This document shows positions 27,172-40,130 of a stretch of 64,000 bases of DNA, in pieces. The stretch lies in assembly GCF_009914755.1 (NCBI RefSeq), contig NC_060928.1; one strand, given 5' to 3'. Numbering within the stretch: position 1 is the first letter of the stretch; each line of letters starts with the position of its first letter. The notes under the pieces are model-generated. The model was not told where the DNA came from. It worked only from the letters and a program-made list of their open reading frames with translations, and made no database searches. The translations under genes and the position numbers were made by a program. Source of the stretch: the human T2T-CHM13v2.0 reference genome, Homo sapiens.

Positions 27172-28672
27172 GCTGACCCTCGGTGGTGTGGGTGGGCTGT
27201 GGCTGACCCTCGGTGGTGTGGGTGGGCTGTGGCTGACCCTCACTGGTGTAGCTGGGCTGTGGCTGACCCTCACTGGTGTAGGTGGGCTGTGGCTGACCCT
27301 CGGTGGTGTAGGTGGGCTGTGGCTGACCCTCACCGGTGTGGGTGGGCTGTGGCTGACCCTCACTGGTGTAGCTGGGCTGTGGCTGGCCCTCACTGGTGTA
27401 GGTGGGCTGTGGCTGACCCTCGGTGGTGTAGGTGGGCTGTGGCTGACCCTCACTGGTGTGGGTGGGCTGTGGCTGGCCCTCACTGGTGTGGGTGGGCTGT
27501 GGCTCGCCCTCACTGGTGTGGGTGGGCTGTGGCTGACCCTCGGTGGTGTGGGTGGGCTGTGGCTGACCCTCGGTGGTGTGGGTGAGCTGTGGCTGACCCT
27601 CACTGGTGTGGGTGGGCTGTGGCTGACCCTCGGTGGTGTAGCTGGGCTGTGGCTGACCCTCACTGGTGTGGGTGGGCTGTGGCTGACCCTCGGTGGTATA
27701 GGTGGGCTGTGGCTGACCCTCGATGGTGTGGGTGGGCTGTGGCTGACCCTCACTGGTGTAGCTGGGCTGTGGCTGACCCTCACTGGTGTGGGTGGGCTGT
27801 GGCTGACCCTCGGTGGTATAGGTGGGCTGTGGCTGACCCTCGATGGTGTGGGTGGGCTGTGGCTGACCCTCACTGGTGTGGGTGGGCTGTGGCTGACCCT
27901 CGGTGGTGTGGGTGGGCTGTGGCTGACCCTCACTGGTGTGGGTGGGCTGTGGCTGACCCTCGGTGGTATAGGTGGGCTGTGGCTGACCCTCACTGGTGTA
28001 GGTGGGCTGTGGCTAGCCCTCACTGGTGTAGGTGGGCTGTGGCTGACCCTCACTGGTGTGGGTGGGCTGTGGCTGACCCTCGGTGGTGTGGGTGGGCTGT
28101 GGCTGACCCTCACTGGTGTGGGTGGGCTGTGGCTGACCCTCGGTGGTGTGGGTGGGCTGTGGCTGACCCTCACTGGTGTGGGTGGGCTGTGGCTGACCCT
28201 CGGTGGTGTGGGTGGGCTGTGGCTGACCCTCACTGGTGTGGGTGGGCTGTGGCTGACCCTCGGTGGTGTGGGTGGGCTGTGGCTGACCCTCACTGGTGTA
28301 GGTGGGCTGTGGCTGACCCTCGGTGGTATAGGTGGGCTGTGGCTGACCCTCACTGGTGTAGGTGGGCTGTGGCTAGCCCTCACTGGTGTAGGTGGGCTGT
28401 GGCTGACCCTCACTGGTGTGGGTGGGCTGTGGCTGACCCTCGGTGGTGTGGGTGGGCTGTGGCTGACCCTCACTGGTGTGGGTGGGCTGTGGCTGACCCT
28501 CGGTGGTGTGGGTGGGCTGTGGCTCACCCTCACTGGTGTGGGTGGGCTGTGGCTGACCCTCACTGGTGTGGGTGGGCTGTGGCTGACCCTCGGTGGTGTG
28601 GGTGGGCTGTGGCTGACCCTCGGTGTTGTAGGTGGGCTGTGGCTGACCCTCACCCGGGTAGGTGGGCTGTGG
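27172..28672. repeat. Minisatellite/VNTR, 30-bp unit GGTGGGCTGTGGCTGACCCTC(ACT/GGT)GGTGT(G/A), about 50 copies
   Basis: Perfectly phased tandem array, 1500 bp divided by 30. Confidence 0.98.
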
Positions 28673-29009
28673 TGATTAGAGCTAATGAGAGGATTGAGGA
28701 GACCGACATTCACTTCCAATTGCAGTTCCAAATTAACACCTTCTGCAGATACACATTCCAGAAATCTCATGCCCTGTACTTTCTTCTACACCGTTTTCTC
28801 TCCCCTTTGTTTCCATTCCAGCCATGCAGGAAGCAGCGTCTGTCCTGGCACATTGCGACATGTTGTCCATACCCGCTTGTTCTTCCCTGCCTGTGTTCTG
28901 GTAACACTGTGTTCACTGTTGAACTCTTCTAGGTATGCTTTCCCCCCACTCCAGTTGTTGGTGTTTTCTGTCTACATCCTCTTAGTCCTCTATAAATAGA
29001 TACTTTTAT

Positions 29010-29705
29010 GATACTCACGTGTTCCTTATTGAGTGTACAGTTGAGTACTGGTGAGTACATGCACATTGTTGTAAAACCAATCTCCAGAATTTTTCATCTT
29101 GGAAAACTGAAATGCTACACTCATTAAGCAACTCTCCCATATTCCCCTCCCCTAGGCCCTAAGAGCCACTGTTCTCAATGAAGACTTTCTGTCTCTATGA
29201 AGTTGACTACTCTAAGTACCTCATATCAGTGGAATCATAACATATTTATCTTTTTGTGACTGCCTTACTTCACTTAGCCTAATGTCCTCAAAGTTCACTC
29301 ATGCTATGGTATGTATTAGAATTTTCTTCCTTCTTAAGGCTAAATAATATTCCAGTGCATGACTATACCACATTTTCTTTATCCAATCATTCACTGATGG
29401 CCACATGGATTCTTTCCAGCTCGTGGCTATTGTGAATAATTCTGCTCTGAACATGAGTGTACAAATATCTCTTCCACACCCTGCTTTGGTTTCTTTCGGG
29501 TATATATCCAAAAGTGAAATTTCTGCATCATATGGTAATTCTAGTTTTAATTTTTTAAGGAATCATCATAATGTTTCCATAGCTGTTGAGCCATTTTAAA
29601 TTCCCACCAGAAGCATGCAAGGATTTCAGTTTTTCCATTTCTCTCCTGTACCCATTGTTTTCTGTTTTTTGTCTTTGTTTTTGATAGTAGTTATTCTAAT
29701 GGATA
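29010..29705 (-). mobile_element. L1MB-type 3' fragment
   Basis: tacatgcacattgttgtaaaaccaatctccagaatttttcatcttg; ORF2-like translation at 29299-29511. Confidence 0.8.
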
Positions 29706-32400
29706 AGATAAAAACGTTGTGTGTTATTTTAGTTGTCTGTTTGTTGTCTGGCACTAACTTCCTTCTGCAGAGAACCATGCCTTTGCAACTGAACTCCCTC
29801 ATCTTTATGTCACTACTGTCTAATTACATGCCTGAAACATAGTATGTCCTCAAAAACAGCTGTTCAAAGAATAAATGTTGCTACTGGTAAAAATTGCTAT
29901 AAAATTGCAAAAGAGCTTTAAGCTTCTTCAGCAAAGGAAAGGCAGGTGACCCACTAAATCATTTTCTCCAGTGGGCCGAGGAGTAGAGAAGTCACGGCTG
30001 GGAGCTTCAGATGGCAGCAGTGAAAAGAGGAGCAGACAGACCAGTCCCCATGGCCCTTTTGAGGAAAAATGGAGAGTGGGAATATAACCGGGGGCTGACC
30101 TAAGACCAAGAGAGAGCCTTGAGGTTTTTCTTAGAGGAAAATCCTATCTGCCATCACCCTCAGTCCCTAATTTCCAGGCCTCTCCATCTCCACTTACCTG
30201 GGCACACTTCAGGATCTCCCCGCTCCAGCCATGGGCGCCATTGGGTATGCAGCATGGGGCTGCTTCTGTGTTCCGGGCACCCAAAGTCAGAACACAACTG
30301 CACGATATCCTTTAATTCGGCTTTTGTTATCCAAACAATCTTGGAACATAGCCCACTGGCAAATTGGAGAATGCTGTCATCCCTATCACAGTTTTATTTA
30401 TCACAACACCTATATTCATAAAATAGATAAATCATGTTGCAAGATGAAAGAGTATATCCCTAAGCTCTTGGCTCCACTCTATTCTGGAGCTTGGCCTTGT
30501 GAACTTTATCAGCAACTTAAAGAGGTATTTTGCATATTTCATTGTCAAGGTGTAAATATATTCCTTTTCTGCAGCTCGATTTTTCTAAGGAAGCCTAATT
30601 CCTTGGTTTATATTTCTTTTCTTATTATCTCCTGGAGTATGGTTAGGTCTGGAACTTCCTATTACTCAATGTTGCGCACTTTTAAACCACAGGTCTTCCC
30701 GTTCTTTAAGTAATTACAGGTCTCTTTTACAATAAACTCTTCCCAACTTGTTACCAATCTATATTTTTATCTTTGTTTGGTTCTGCTTTTAAATTGTTTC
30801 AGCAATGCTAATTATAAGAAAAAGATAAGGTCTGCTTGCTGTTCTTCCTCACAGCAGCTCGGAAAATGAACTGCAGCATTCTACTTTCCTATTTGTGCAG
30901 GTAATGATGTATTCATTGTGGCAAAGTCTTCACAGATAACAAAAACTACATGCTCTTTGCAGATGTGCTAATTATCTCATCTTGATCAAGAAAAAATTCA
31001 GAATTGGCTTCCAACTAAGCAGTTTAATTTACACCCATATTTGATGCTGGCATGAAGCCTGGGCTATTTTATGTTACTTTATTTTTTGGCTAGGAAATTA
31101 AGATAGTCTGGAAAATTGTTATTAAGAAATGCTTAAAACAGCCTATATATAAGATTCATTGTGGAAGGTCACCCCTGGTTAAGTTATAATGCAGATGTAA
31201 ATGCAGAGAGATGGTGAGAAAACCAAAAGGCAAACAGGATGAATGGAACGGTTTGCTGTATTCAACTTGAGTAATGGAAACTAACTCAATCTATTTTGGA
31301 CGTGCAGAGATAACTCTTATTAAATGACTATTTGGACCAAAAAGGAGCAAACTATATATTTTTAAGACATAAAAGCTACATCATTTCTTGGCAACTGAAA
31401 GAGGCCAACATTTTCATGGTGTTCCATTCATTTCTTTCTTTATACTTTTACAGCATTAAGACCAGTATTGTTAGCAATTGCAGACTACTTTTACTAGACT
31501 CTGTTACTTTTGATCACAGTTCTTTCTAATTTTCTGACAGAATATCTAGTTATGAAATGTGGCATAAAACTATATTCTTGGAGAAAAAAACCTTGGTTTT
31601 TAATCTTAACTTACGTATTTCAACCTGAAGACAATCACTGGATATGATTTATATGTATAAAATAAGACTTTCAATATCATAAAATATTGCAACTTATAAA
31701 CCAAAATGGTTTGTTGTTAGAGAAAAGATGAAGGAGAGAAAGAGCTTGTCTTTCTGTGTTCTGTTAGTGGGAATCTGACTTTTCTTCAATTTCTACCTAT
31801 TGATGTTTTCAACATAGAGAAAACTGGCTTGGTTTTGCTTCTAACACATAAAAATATTAAGTCAAGTAATCCACATTTTTCTCACCCTCTTTCTCTCCTA
31901 GTCATCTGTGCAAACACATAAACTTCCATAAGTTGGTGAGGTGTATAATGTGAAGACCAAAGCATCGATGAGTCCGTCATGCCAGGTTGCTCTGGATATT
32001 GGTACTTCTGGGTTAAAAAAATGATAAAAGTAGGATATGGAGCTTCAAGTAAAATTCAAGTCTTTCGGGTTCCAATCAAAACTTCTTTTCACTAAAACAC
32101 TCTTGCCCTATTGCCTTGGGCAAGGCTTTCTACTTTTATAAGTCTCTGTCTCATTTTCAAAGTTAGTATAATATATTATCTAAACCCACTCATTGGGTAG
32201 CTTTTTGCCATAAAACTCACATTTACATGAAAGTATACTGTAAAACAGAAATATAAGATCTTTCCCCTTGGAAATAATAGAAATCTGAATATGCACATGC
32301 TCCTTACACTGCTGTGGGAATCAGGCCTTGCTGTTACTGGATGACGATAATAATAATAACTTGTGAAAGCCTCCAAGTGGAAAGAAGAGAGACTAATTCC

Positions 32401-33408
32401 TGTGCCAGCCTAGATGTGTCCCAGCCTAGACGCGTGGCCAGCCTAGATGCGTGGCCAGCCTAGACGTGTGCAAGCTTAGACATGTGCAAGCCTAGACGCA
32501 TGGTCAGCCTAGACGTGTGCCAGCCTAGACGTGTGCCCAGCCTAGATGTGTGCAAGCCTAGATGCGTGGCCAGCCTAGATGTGTGCCAGCCTAGACGTGT
32601 GCAAGCCGAGATGTGTGCAAGCCTAGACATGTGCCAGCCTAGACGCGTGGCCAGCCTAGATGTGTGCCAGCCTAGACGTGCGGCCAGCCTAGACATGTGC
32701 AAGCCTAGATGCGTGGCCAGCCTAGATGTGTGCCAGCCTAGACGTGCAGCCAGCCTAGACATGTGCAAGCCTAGACACGTGGCCAGCCTAGATGTGTCCC
32801 AGCCTAGAAGCGTGGCCAGCCTAGACGTGTGCCAGCCTAGACGTGTGCCAGCCTAGACGTGTGCCCAGCCTAGATGTGTGCAAGCCTAGACGCGTGGCCA
32901 GCCTAGATGTGTGCCAGCCTAGATGTGTGCCAGCCTAGATGTGTGCAAGCCTAGACGCATGGCCAGCCTAGATGTGTGCCAGCCTAGACGTGCAGCCAGC
33001 CTAGACGTGTGCAAGCCTAGACGTGTGGCCAGCCTAGATGTGTGCCAGCCTAGACGTGCGGCCAGCCTAGACGTGTGCAAGCCTAGACGCGTGGCCAGCC
33101 TAGATGTATGCCAGCCTAGACGTGCGGCCAGCCTAGACGTGTGCCAGCCTAGACTTGTGGCCAGCCTAGACGTGTGCAAGCCTAGACGTGTGGCCAGCCT
33201 AGATGTGTGCCAGCCTAGACGTGCGGCCAGCCTAGACGTGTGCAAGCCTACACGCGTGGCCAGCCTAGATGTATGCCAGCCTAGACTTGTGGCCAGCCTA
33301 GACGTGTGCCAGCCTAGATGTGTGGCCAGCCTAGACGCGTGGTCAGCCTAGACGCATGGCCGGCCTAGATGTGTGCCCAGCCTAGACTTGTGGCCGGCCT
33401 AGATGTGT
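32401..33408. repeat. Minisatellite, alternating 16/17-bp units around CAGCCTAGA(C/T)G(C/T)GTG(G)C, about 60 copies
   Basis: Read directly; 33-bp and 66-bp higher-order periodicity. Confidence 0.97.
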
Positions 33409-33439
33409 GCACTTGGCTTGTGTTCCGGTCAGAAAGTCC

Positions 33440-33950
33440 CTGGCTGGAGCTTGTGCCGGTTCCTGGTCCTGGAACCAGGTGATTGCTGCTCTGCTGCTCT
33501 GCCACAAGAAGGAGGATGTCCGTCGTAAACTGCACCTGATGCCTGGGCCATGCACCTCTCTCAGTCCTCAGCAGGGTTTTTTGTCGATTCTAAAGTCCAC
33601 AATGCCACAGGACATTCTTAATGTCCACATATGTAGTGCCCAGAAGTGGAAGGGGTGTGACACCTCATGGGTGAAATCTGACCAAGGGAAGACAGTTACT
33701 AGCAGATAAATTGTGGTGCTTTCCATTCTCTGGATGGGCTGTTTGGAGGAGCAGCACCTTCTGGTGGCTTCTCTAGTGACATTCAGAGGGACACTGCTGT
33801 GACCAGCTCAGTGACACTCCCTTTGACTTGCTGTCCCTCCTTCCCTGCCTCACTTTGTCCCTCACTTGTGTGTCTGAGCTGCACTCATCCTCAGGCGTAG
33901 CCCCTCCTATTTCCCTCGAGCAGGGTTTTCTAGGGACACAGGTAGAGACA
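33440..33950. mobile_element. Degenerate ERVL LTR (LTR16-like)
   Basis: The end ...gggttttctagggacacaggtagagaca resembles an LTR16 terminus; weak match. Confidence 0.3.
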
Positions 33951-34949
33951 GTGCCAAACTAGAATAAGCAAAAGATCAATGACGGACTAAAGGCCCAGTT
34001 TAAAATAGAAATTACGAGTGGATATTCAGTCAGCAAAACATGATTTTCCTCCAGCATTGTAGGAACAGCCGCAGAGGAAACGGAGTTAGACTCATCTACT
34101 CACTTAACAATCCGGGGTCCCCTGTGTGTCCCTCACCAGACTAGTCATCAGGGATTCCAAGATATAAAAAAATAACCCTTGGGTTCCAGTCAGTCCTTCT
34201 TTAGGGATTAACATTATACACTGGAATTTCATGTCTAAATATCTCCATGCAGTTGAAGTAGTGTTTCTGAAGAGTATAAAGGGCAAAAAATAATATGTGA
34301 GAAGATGAGGAAAAAGCTGAAGGTACAGATAACATCAGAGAAGTCACTAAGGAGGGGAAACAGGCAGCGTGGTTCAGAGGAAGGATGTCAGAACACGTTT
34401 CCGAGATTAAGCTCTTCTGCTGACAGCGAAGTCCAGAGCATCAGCATAAGGGCAAGTGGCAGTGACAGGGCAGAGATGGAGATTATCTGAGCAGAGAAAT
34501 TCTCAGAGCAATTCACTCGATGTGGCGGATGACTCCCCACTGCAAACTGAAACCTGCAGGGAGTAAAACAAAGGCTATGGGCCACCTGAGTGTTTGCTCT
34601 TCCCTCAATGCAGCTGAGCTGGGAACAGTCCAGAACTGAGAAGAGAGAGCGCTAAGTCCACCAACCGCTCAATTAAAACGGCCTGCGCCAGCCCAGTGAT
34701 GGGTGGGACGAGATTTTTACAGACCTGGTGAGAAGCGACACCAACAGGAAAAATAGCATGTAGGGATGAGGGAAAGTTGGGAAGAAGTGATTAGGAAACA
34801 AGACGGAAGATTCAGTTCTGCGTAGCAAGTGCAGCTCTGCAATGGGGGGCGAATCAGAGCCGGGGGGCCACAGAGCAGCAGAGCAGGGCACTGCGTGCGC
34901 AGGTGAGGGAGGTGCAGGCAGGAATGGCTGCTGCTGTGAACACCAGGGT

Positions 34950-35633
34950 GGCCTTTCCCATGCTCTGGCTAAATGACATGCAGGACCATGCAAGACCATG
35001 CAAAACCATGCAGGGCTAGTGTTACTGCTTTATCTAATTGTGCCATTTGCTTCCGTAAACAATAACAAACCCCTCAAGCCCAGAGATACCTTATCTTACC
35101 AAGAGAACAGGAGCCGTCCTGGACAGCCGTGCTGGGCTCTGATGTTCTGGTCACAGAACCCTGCTCTGCCCCTTCTAAGCCTCCTGGCATCAGGGAGTTG
35201 GGAAGCCTGGAAGCTGCACCCACCAGCACCCCTGGCTGGCAGAGCCGCCCACGAGAAACCCTCGTGAAGGATTTGGAATGGAGAAGAGAGGCAAAGCCAC
35301 ATTCACACACCTCTGGGAGTGGCAGGCGAACAGGCAGGCAAATGGCACACGTGGGGTTTCTGTGGTGGCTTCCGAGTGCTCTGAAAACCACCTTCTTAAG
35401 TACTGAAGAAAAATCTTATCATCAGTGTCAGTTTTCTGGATCTGTGACCCTTTGATCTCGGAAAACTTGGCGTGCAGCTGAGAGTTCACACCCCTGCCCT
35501 GGCCTTCTCTCTCCCAGCACTTCACAAGGATCTCTGGGATGTTTGAAGGCATTTAATTCCCTGTATTAAATATCATCCTGCTTAAAAAACCAAGAGCGAA
35601 TGCTGTTTGTGGACATAACTCTTGCTGATATAC
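34950..35633 (+). mobile_element. Degenerate ERVL-type solo LTR
   Basis: 3' block ttaattccctgtattaaatatcatcctgcttaaaaaaccaagagcg...ctgatataca is typical of old ERVL LTR ends. Confidence 0.35.
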
Positions 35634-36905
35634 ATTTTTTTTTCTTTCTACTACCCATTTTAACTTGGAAACTGGCTATCTTTTAGTTCACTAGTAAGTT
35701 TTCAAAACACTTTTTTCATTTACTGTATGTTTTTATCTTACTATTTTCAGTGAAAGTGCCAGAGATTAGACATAACAATAAGATGCCTCTGAAATATAAA
35801 AATTATATTATTGGAATTTGTTGATATATTGTTTTTGCTATTACCAAATCAAATGCATTAATAATATACTTGTTTCCATGGGGTAAATCCACTTTTAATA
35901 GTTTTGGACCAAATTTCTTCACTGTGTAACTTAATAAAAGCCATAAAATTCAGGAACTGGTGCTTTTGCAATAGGTGAGAGGAAAGAAGTTAATGGCTGT
36001 GGCTGCTCTGGCATAAAAGCAATACTTTCCACCTCTTTCCAGGGAATGCTGCTGGATTCAGGAAATAAGCACTGAGACACTTCATCAAGAATATCGTAAA
36101 AACTGTTCATTAACATTGTAATTATTCTTGTAATTTTAGTCATAATTTTAATTCATTTCCATTACTTAAGCTGAAAGTGCCAAATTACCCTTTAAGCATT
36201 TCTTTATTTTTCTCACCTTTCTATTAGAAAAATGTTAATGATCTTTATTACTGTTTCTGATATTTAAGAAGAAACAGCGGGGGGTTATAAGTTCATAAGC
36301 ATCTTTAAAGCTACAAGCCAGAGAGTTTTACCCAATTCGAAGAAGTCCAGGTCATTCTGCACAGAGAAGGATGCAGCCGATGCACCCCAGTGGCTCTCCA
36401 GGGCCAGCCTTCAGCCTCAGCACCACGGTGGCCAGCCCGGGGCCTGACCTGGGGTCCCTGGCTTACAGGGTTCTGAGTTGCGTCTAGAATTCTGCCTCTT
36501 GCCTGCATAAGCATCAGACGACCTCATGTCATAATCATCGTTCAGCTTCTCTGAGCACATAGCAAGAAAAACCACATCGTTGGCACAGTGGGAATGGGGG
36601 ACAAGCTGGGGAAAGTTTTCCACTTCTGGAAATGCATGCAGAGGAGTCCAGAGGGAGGGGATGAGAAGCACCGCCTGCCCTGGCTGCAGCAGCATTGAAG
36701 CCATCATCACCAGTTCTATGAAAACTTTCAAGGTCAACAATGAGCAAATGAACTGGTATTTTTGTGTTTTGGGCTACAACATTTCTATAACCCTAAAAAT
36801 TACCTTGAGCTAAATACAGGAAGAAAGGAAAAGCGCTCATGGATACACTAGCAAAAAACTTCAAGAGTAATCTGTGTGGTCACCTTTTCTACCTCAAAGA
36901 GCACT

Positions 36906-37738
36906 CACCATGAAATAGAACCGATAAACCCACGTTCAGGGTGTCCACCATGAAATAGAACCGATAAACCCACGTTCAGGGTGTCCACCATGAAATAGAA
37001 CTGATAAACCCACGTTCAGGGTGTCCACTATGAAATAGAACCGATAAACCCACGTTCAGAGTGTCCACTATTAAATAGAACTGATAAACCCATGTATGAA
37101 ATAGAACCGATAAACCCAGGTTCAGGGTTTCCACTATGAAATAGAACTGATAAACCCCACTTTCAGGGTGTCCACTATGAAATAGAACCGATAAACCCAC
37201 GTTCAGGGTGTCCACCATGAAATAGAACCGATAAACCCACGTTCAGGGTGTCCACTATGAAATAGAACTGATAAACCCACGTTCAGAGTGTACACTATGA
37301 AATAGAACCTAAAAACCCACGTTCAGAGTGTCCACTATGAAACAGAACTGATAAACCCACGTTCAGAGTGTACACTATGAAATAGAACCGATAAACCCAC
37401 GTTCAGGGCGTCCACTATGAAATAGAAACGTTAAACCCACGTTCAGGGTGTCCACTATGAAATAGAACGGATAAACCGACGTTCAGAGTGTACACTATGA
37501 AATAGAACCGATAAACCCCACGTTCAGAGTGTACACTATGAAATAGAACCAATAAACCCCACGTTCAGAGTGTACACTATGAAATAGAACCGATAAATCC
37601 ACGTTCAGAGTGTACACTATGAAATAGAACCGATAAACCCACGTTCAGAGTGTACACTATGAAATAGAACCGATAAACCCACGTTCAGAGTGTACACTAT
37701 GACATAGAACTGATAAACCCACGTTCAGAGTGTACACT
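36906..37738. repeat. Minisatellite/VNTR, 40-bp unit TGAAATAGAACCGATAAACCCACGTTCAG(G/A)GTGT(C/A)CAC(C/T)A, about 21 copies
   Basis: tgaaatagaa recurs at 36911, 36951, 36991, 37031 and onward. Confidence 0.97.
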
Positions 37739-37822
37739 CTCCTGCTAGGTCAAGTGGCCAGAGTGAGATCCTTTTTTGTAATGGATGTCATTGACTTCGG
37801 GGGTCATTAAAATTTTTAACAT

Positions 37823-37950
37823 GGCCAGGTACAATAGCTCATGACTGCAATGTCAGCACTTTGGGAGGCTGAGGTGGGAAGATTGCTTGAGTTCAGGAGT
37901 TCCTGACCAGCCTGGGCAGCATAGAGAGACTCCATCTTTATCCTCCACAA
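37823..37950 (+). mobile_element. FLAM/AluJ left monomer
   Basis: ggccaggtacaatagctcatg...cactttgggaggctgaggtgggaagattgcttgag...accagcctgggcagcatag. Confidence 0.85.
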
Positions 37951-39599
37951 AAAGGAAAAACCAGAAGATTCTAGCAATGAAGAACTTAAGGGAAGCTTAA
38001 AACAAGACGCTTTCTGTTGTATTTACTCCATTATCAACCCAATTACATATTACTCACAAAGGCATTTTAAATAACAATAATATTAACAAAGTATTTGCTA
38101 TCATGGCTAAATAATCTGTAAAAGAATAATGATATCCCATAAAAAAGAATAAAGGGGCCACCAAAAGAACCAACTTTCTCTTTATGGGATCCTTTTTTAT
38201 ATACAATCCATATGTAGACCATGTTTCAGGTTTTTAAATAATATAATTCTCTTCCACTGTTAACAAGGCCAGGCACCATGGCACTATTCTCCATTCCTTG
38301 GGAAGCTGGTGGGTGAAAATCTGGTCTGCAGAGTCTCTCTCTAGAACACAGGAAGTTCCTAGGACTTACCATGTAATTAATTTTGCCAAAAGTAGAGTAG
38401 AATAGAGAAAAGATGAGCTAGAGAGACGTACAGAGGTTCTCAGTGAGCTCAACTCCATGAGAGAGCTGCTCTCCCACATAATAAAAGGCATTAATTTAGT
38501 GGCTGCCATCATCAAGACAGAAGAGACATCAAGAGGCTTCCTGTCAAAGGCATGCAGGTTTTTCTCCCTTTAACTGTTTAAATATGAAATGTTCCTCCAG
38601 TAAGTCACAAACACATACTCAACCATAGTTTCATACATATCCATTTAACTATTTTTGCATGTGGATTTTATATTTAATTAAAATTTCTATAAATTTAGGA
38701 CAATATCCATTTTATTAAAATTGAACTGTAGCCAGCCCAACACTCCATAAAGATGAGCATTCAGAAAGCATGTTTGACAGTGACTTTGAATTTTAAATTG
38801 TAGAATTTTTATGGTCGGACTTAACACAGTAGTCTTCCTTATCCTCAGCCTCCAGCTTAATAACCCAGCTCAGTCCTCCCACTTTTTTGGCACCTATCTA
38901 CATAAATGCTAACTGAATAGATGAAAGGGTGAATGAACAGTGGAGCCTACGCTATCACATCTCATCCTATTCAAACGCTTTTCCTCAGAGACTCTGTCAC
39001 TTACTTCTACGACTAATCTAACGTCCTGGAAGAATTTTAGCTCCAATAACCCATGATGTAAGACAGGCATTTCCTATTTATCAAAAAGTGCCTTAGACTT
39101 CTCTCACACTTATGATGCCTAAGTTCAAACCATATGAAGCCACCACAGCACATGTAACTGCACATTTTAAAGCTGATTTGCTGAGAGTAATTCACAAACC
39201 CACAGTGAATTTTTTATTCACAACTTCTAGATCTGAAATATAAAAACCTTATCTCCTAGTACATGAAACTGTGCTAATACAATTTATTAAATTAGTTCAA
39301 CTAGCATTTCCTTCAAAATAATTGACAATAAATTAAACTGGGTGCCCCTCTTTTCCATTCTGTGTTCAGCTGCCAAATCTGCTCAGCTTTCTGTGTCTAA
39401 AACGCTTACCAGATATGACTCCATTGTGATTAGATGCCTCCATTCCAGTGGACTTTATTAAATTAGAATACAAGATAGCTGTCACTCTCTGAAGGATACA
39501 AGTAAGAGCAAGTCTTGAACGAGCCTCTTTAAACCATCACGATATAAATAGGCCATATTTCCAGGGTGACAGAGCAAGTAAAGGATTTCAAAGATGAGT

Positions 39600-40130
39600 A
39601 GGGAAAGCCCAAGTTAGCTAATAAATGACGTTCATTCATTAGGAAATGGTATCTGCAAACTATTCAAAAATCCCCTTCACTAAATAAGTCATGGACTGCG
39701 TTTCTGTTCGCAAGCCAGCCTAACACAAGGTGATGACGTCCTCACACAAAACTTGCCCCAAATCCCCGTGGTTTACCACATGTCTTTAGATGACTGAGAA
39801 TGAGAAAGGCAGAGAGAGTTAATTCCTGATTTACATATTCTGCTAATAAAGTGGCAAGGTCTTATGGAACAAACACGGCAGATGTAATTATGTAATTACG
39901 TATCTGTATGCAAATGTGCCGACGGCTCATAAATGCTGGAACGCTATTTGCAATGCTAATTAAGTGGCTTTTATTGAGGCTGCATAATTCCTACGTGTGA
40001 TTTGGTTCCAGATGTCATTATAGCTTGTGAAACCTTTATTGTCAGGTTAGCTGAGGTGGCACACATTAACACCACTCATAAAACCTCTATTTATAATTAA
40101 ATTATTTGCAATGACTCAGTGATTTTCATC
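39600..40130. promoter_or_regulatory. Candidate enhancer-like non-repetitive element
   Basis: Cluster of octamer, homeodomain, bZIP and AP-1 motifs in unique sequence; motif evidence only. Confidence 0.3.

Noticed and set aside
27049-28932. 447-538-aa mucin-like or Cys/Trp-rich ORFs
   Set aside because: Translations of the 30-bp VNTR; they lack convincing starts, promoter or splice context.
30780-31060. Second possible conserved element or exon (ttcctcacag...gcaggtaat)
   Set aside because: Splice-like and homeobox-like words are at chance level in AT-rich DNA, and there is no supporting ORF.
32460-33351. Repetitive Cys/Arg-rich ORFs
   Set aside because: By-products of the 33/66-bp higher-order repeat.
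36906-37738. CRISPR-like regular 40-bp repeats
   Set aside because: Units are head-to-tail with no unique spacers, there are no cas genes, and the context is primate DNA.
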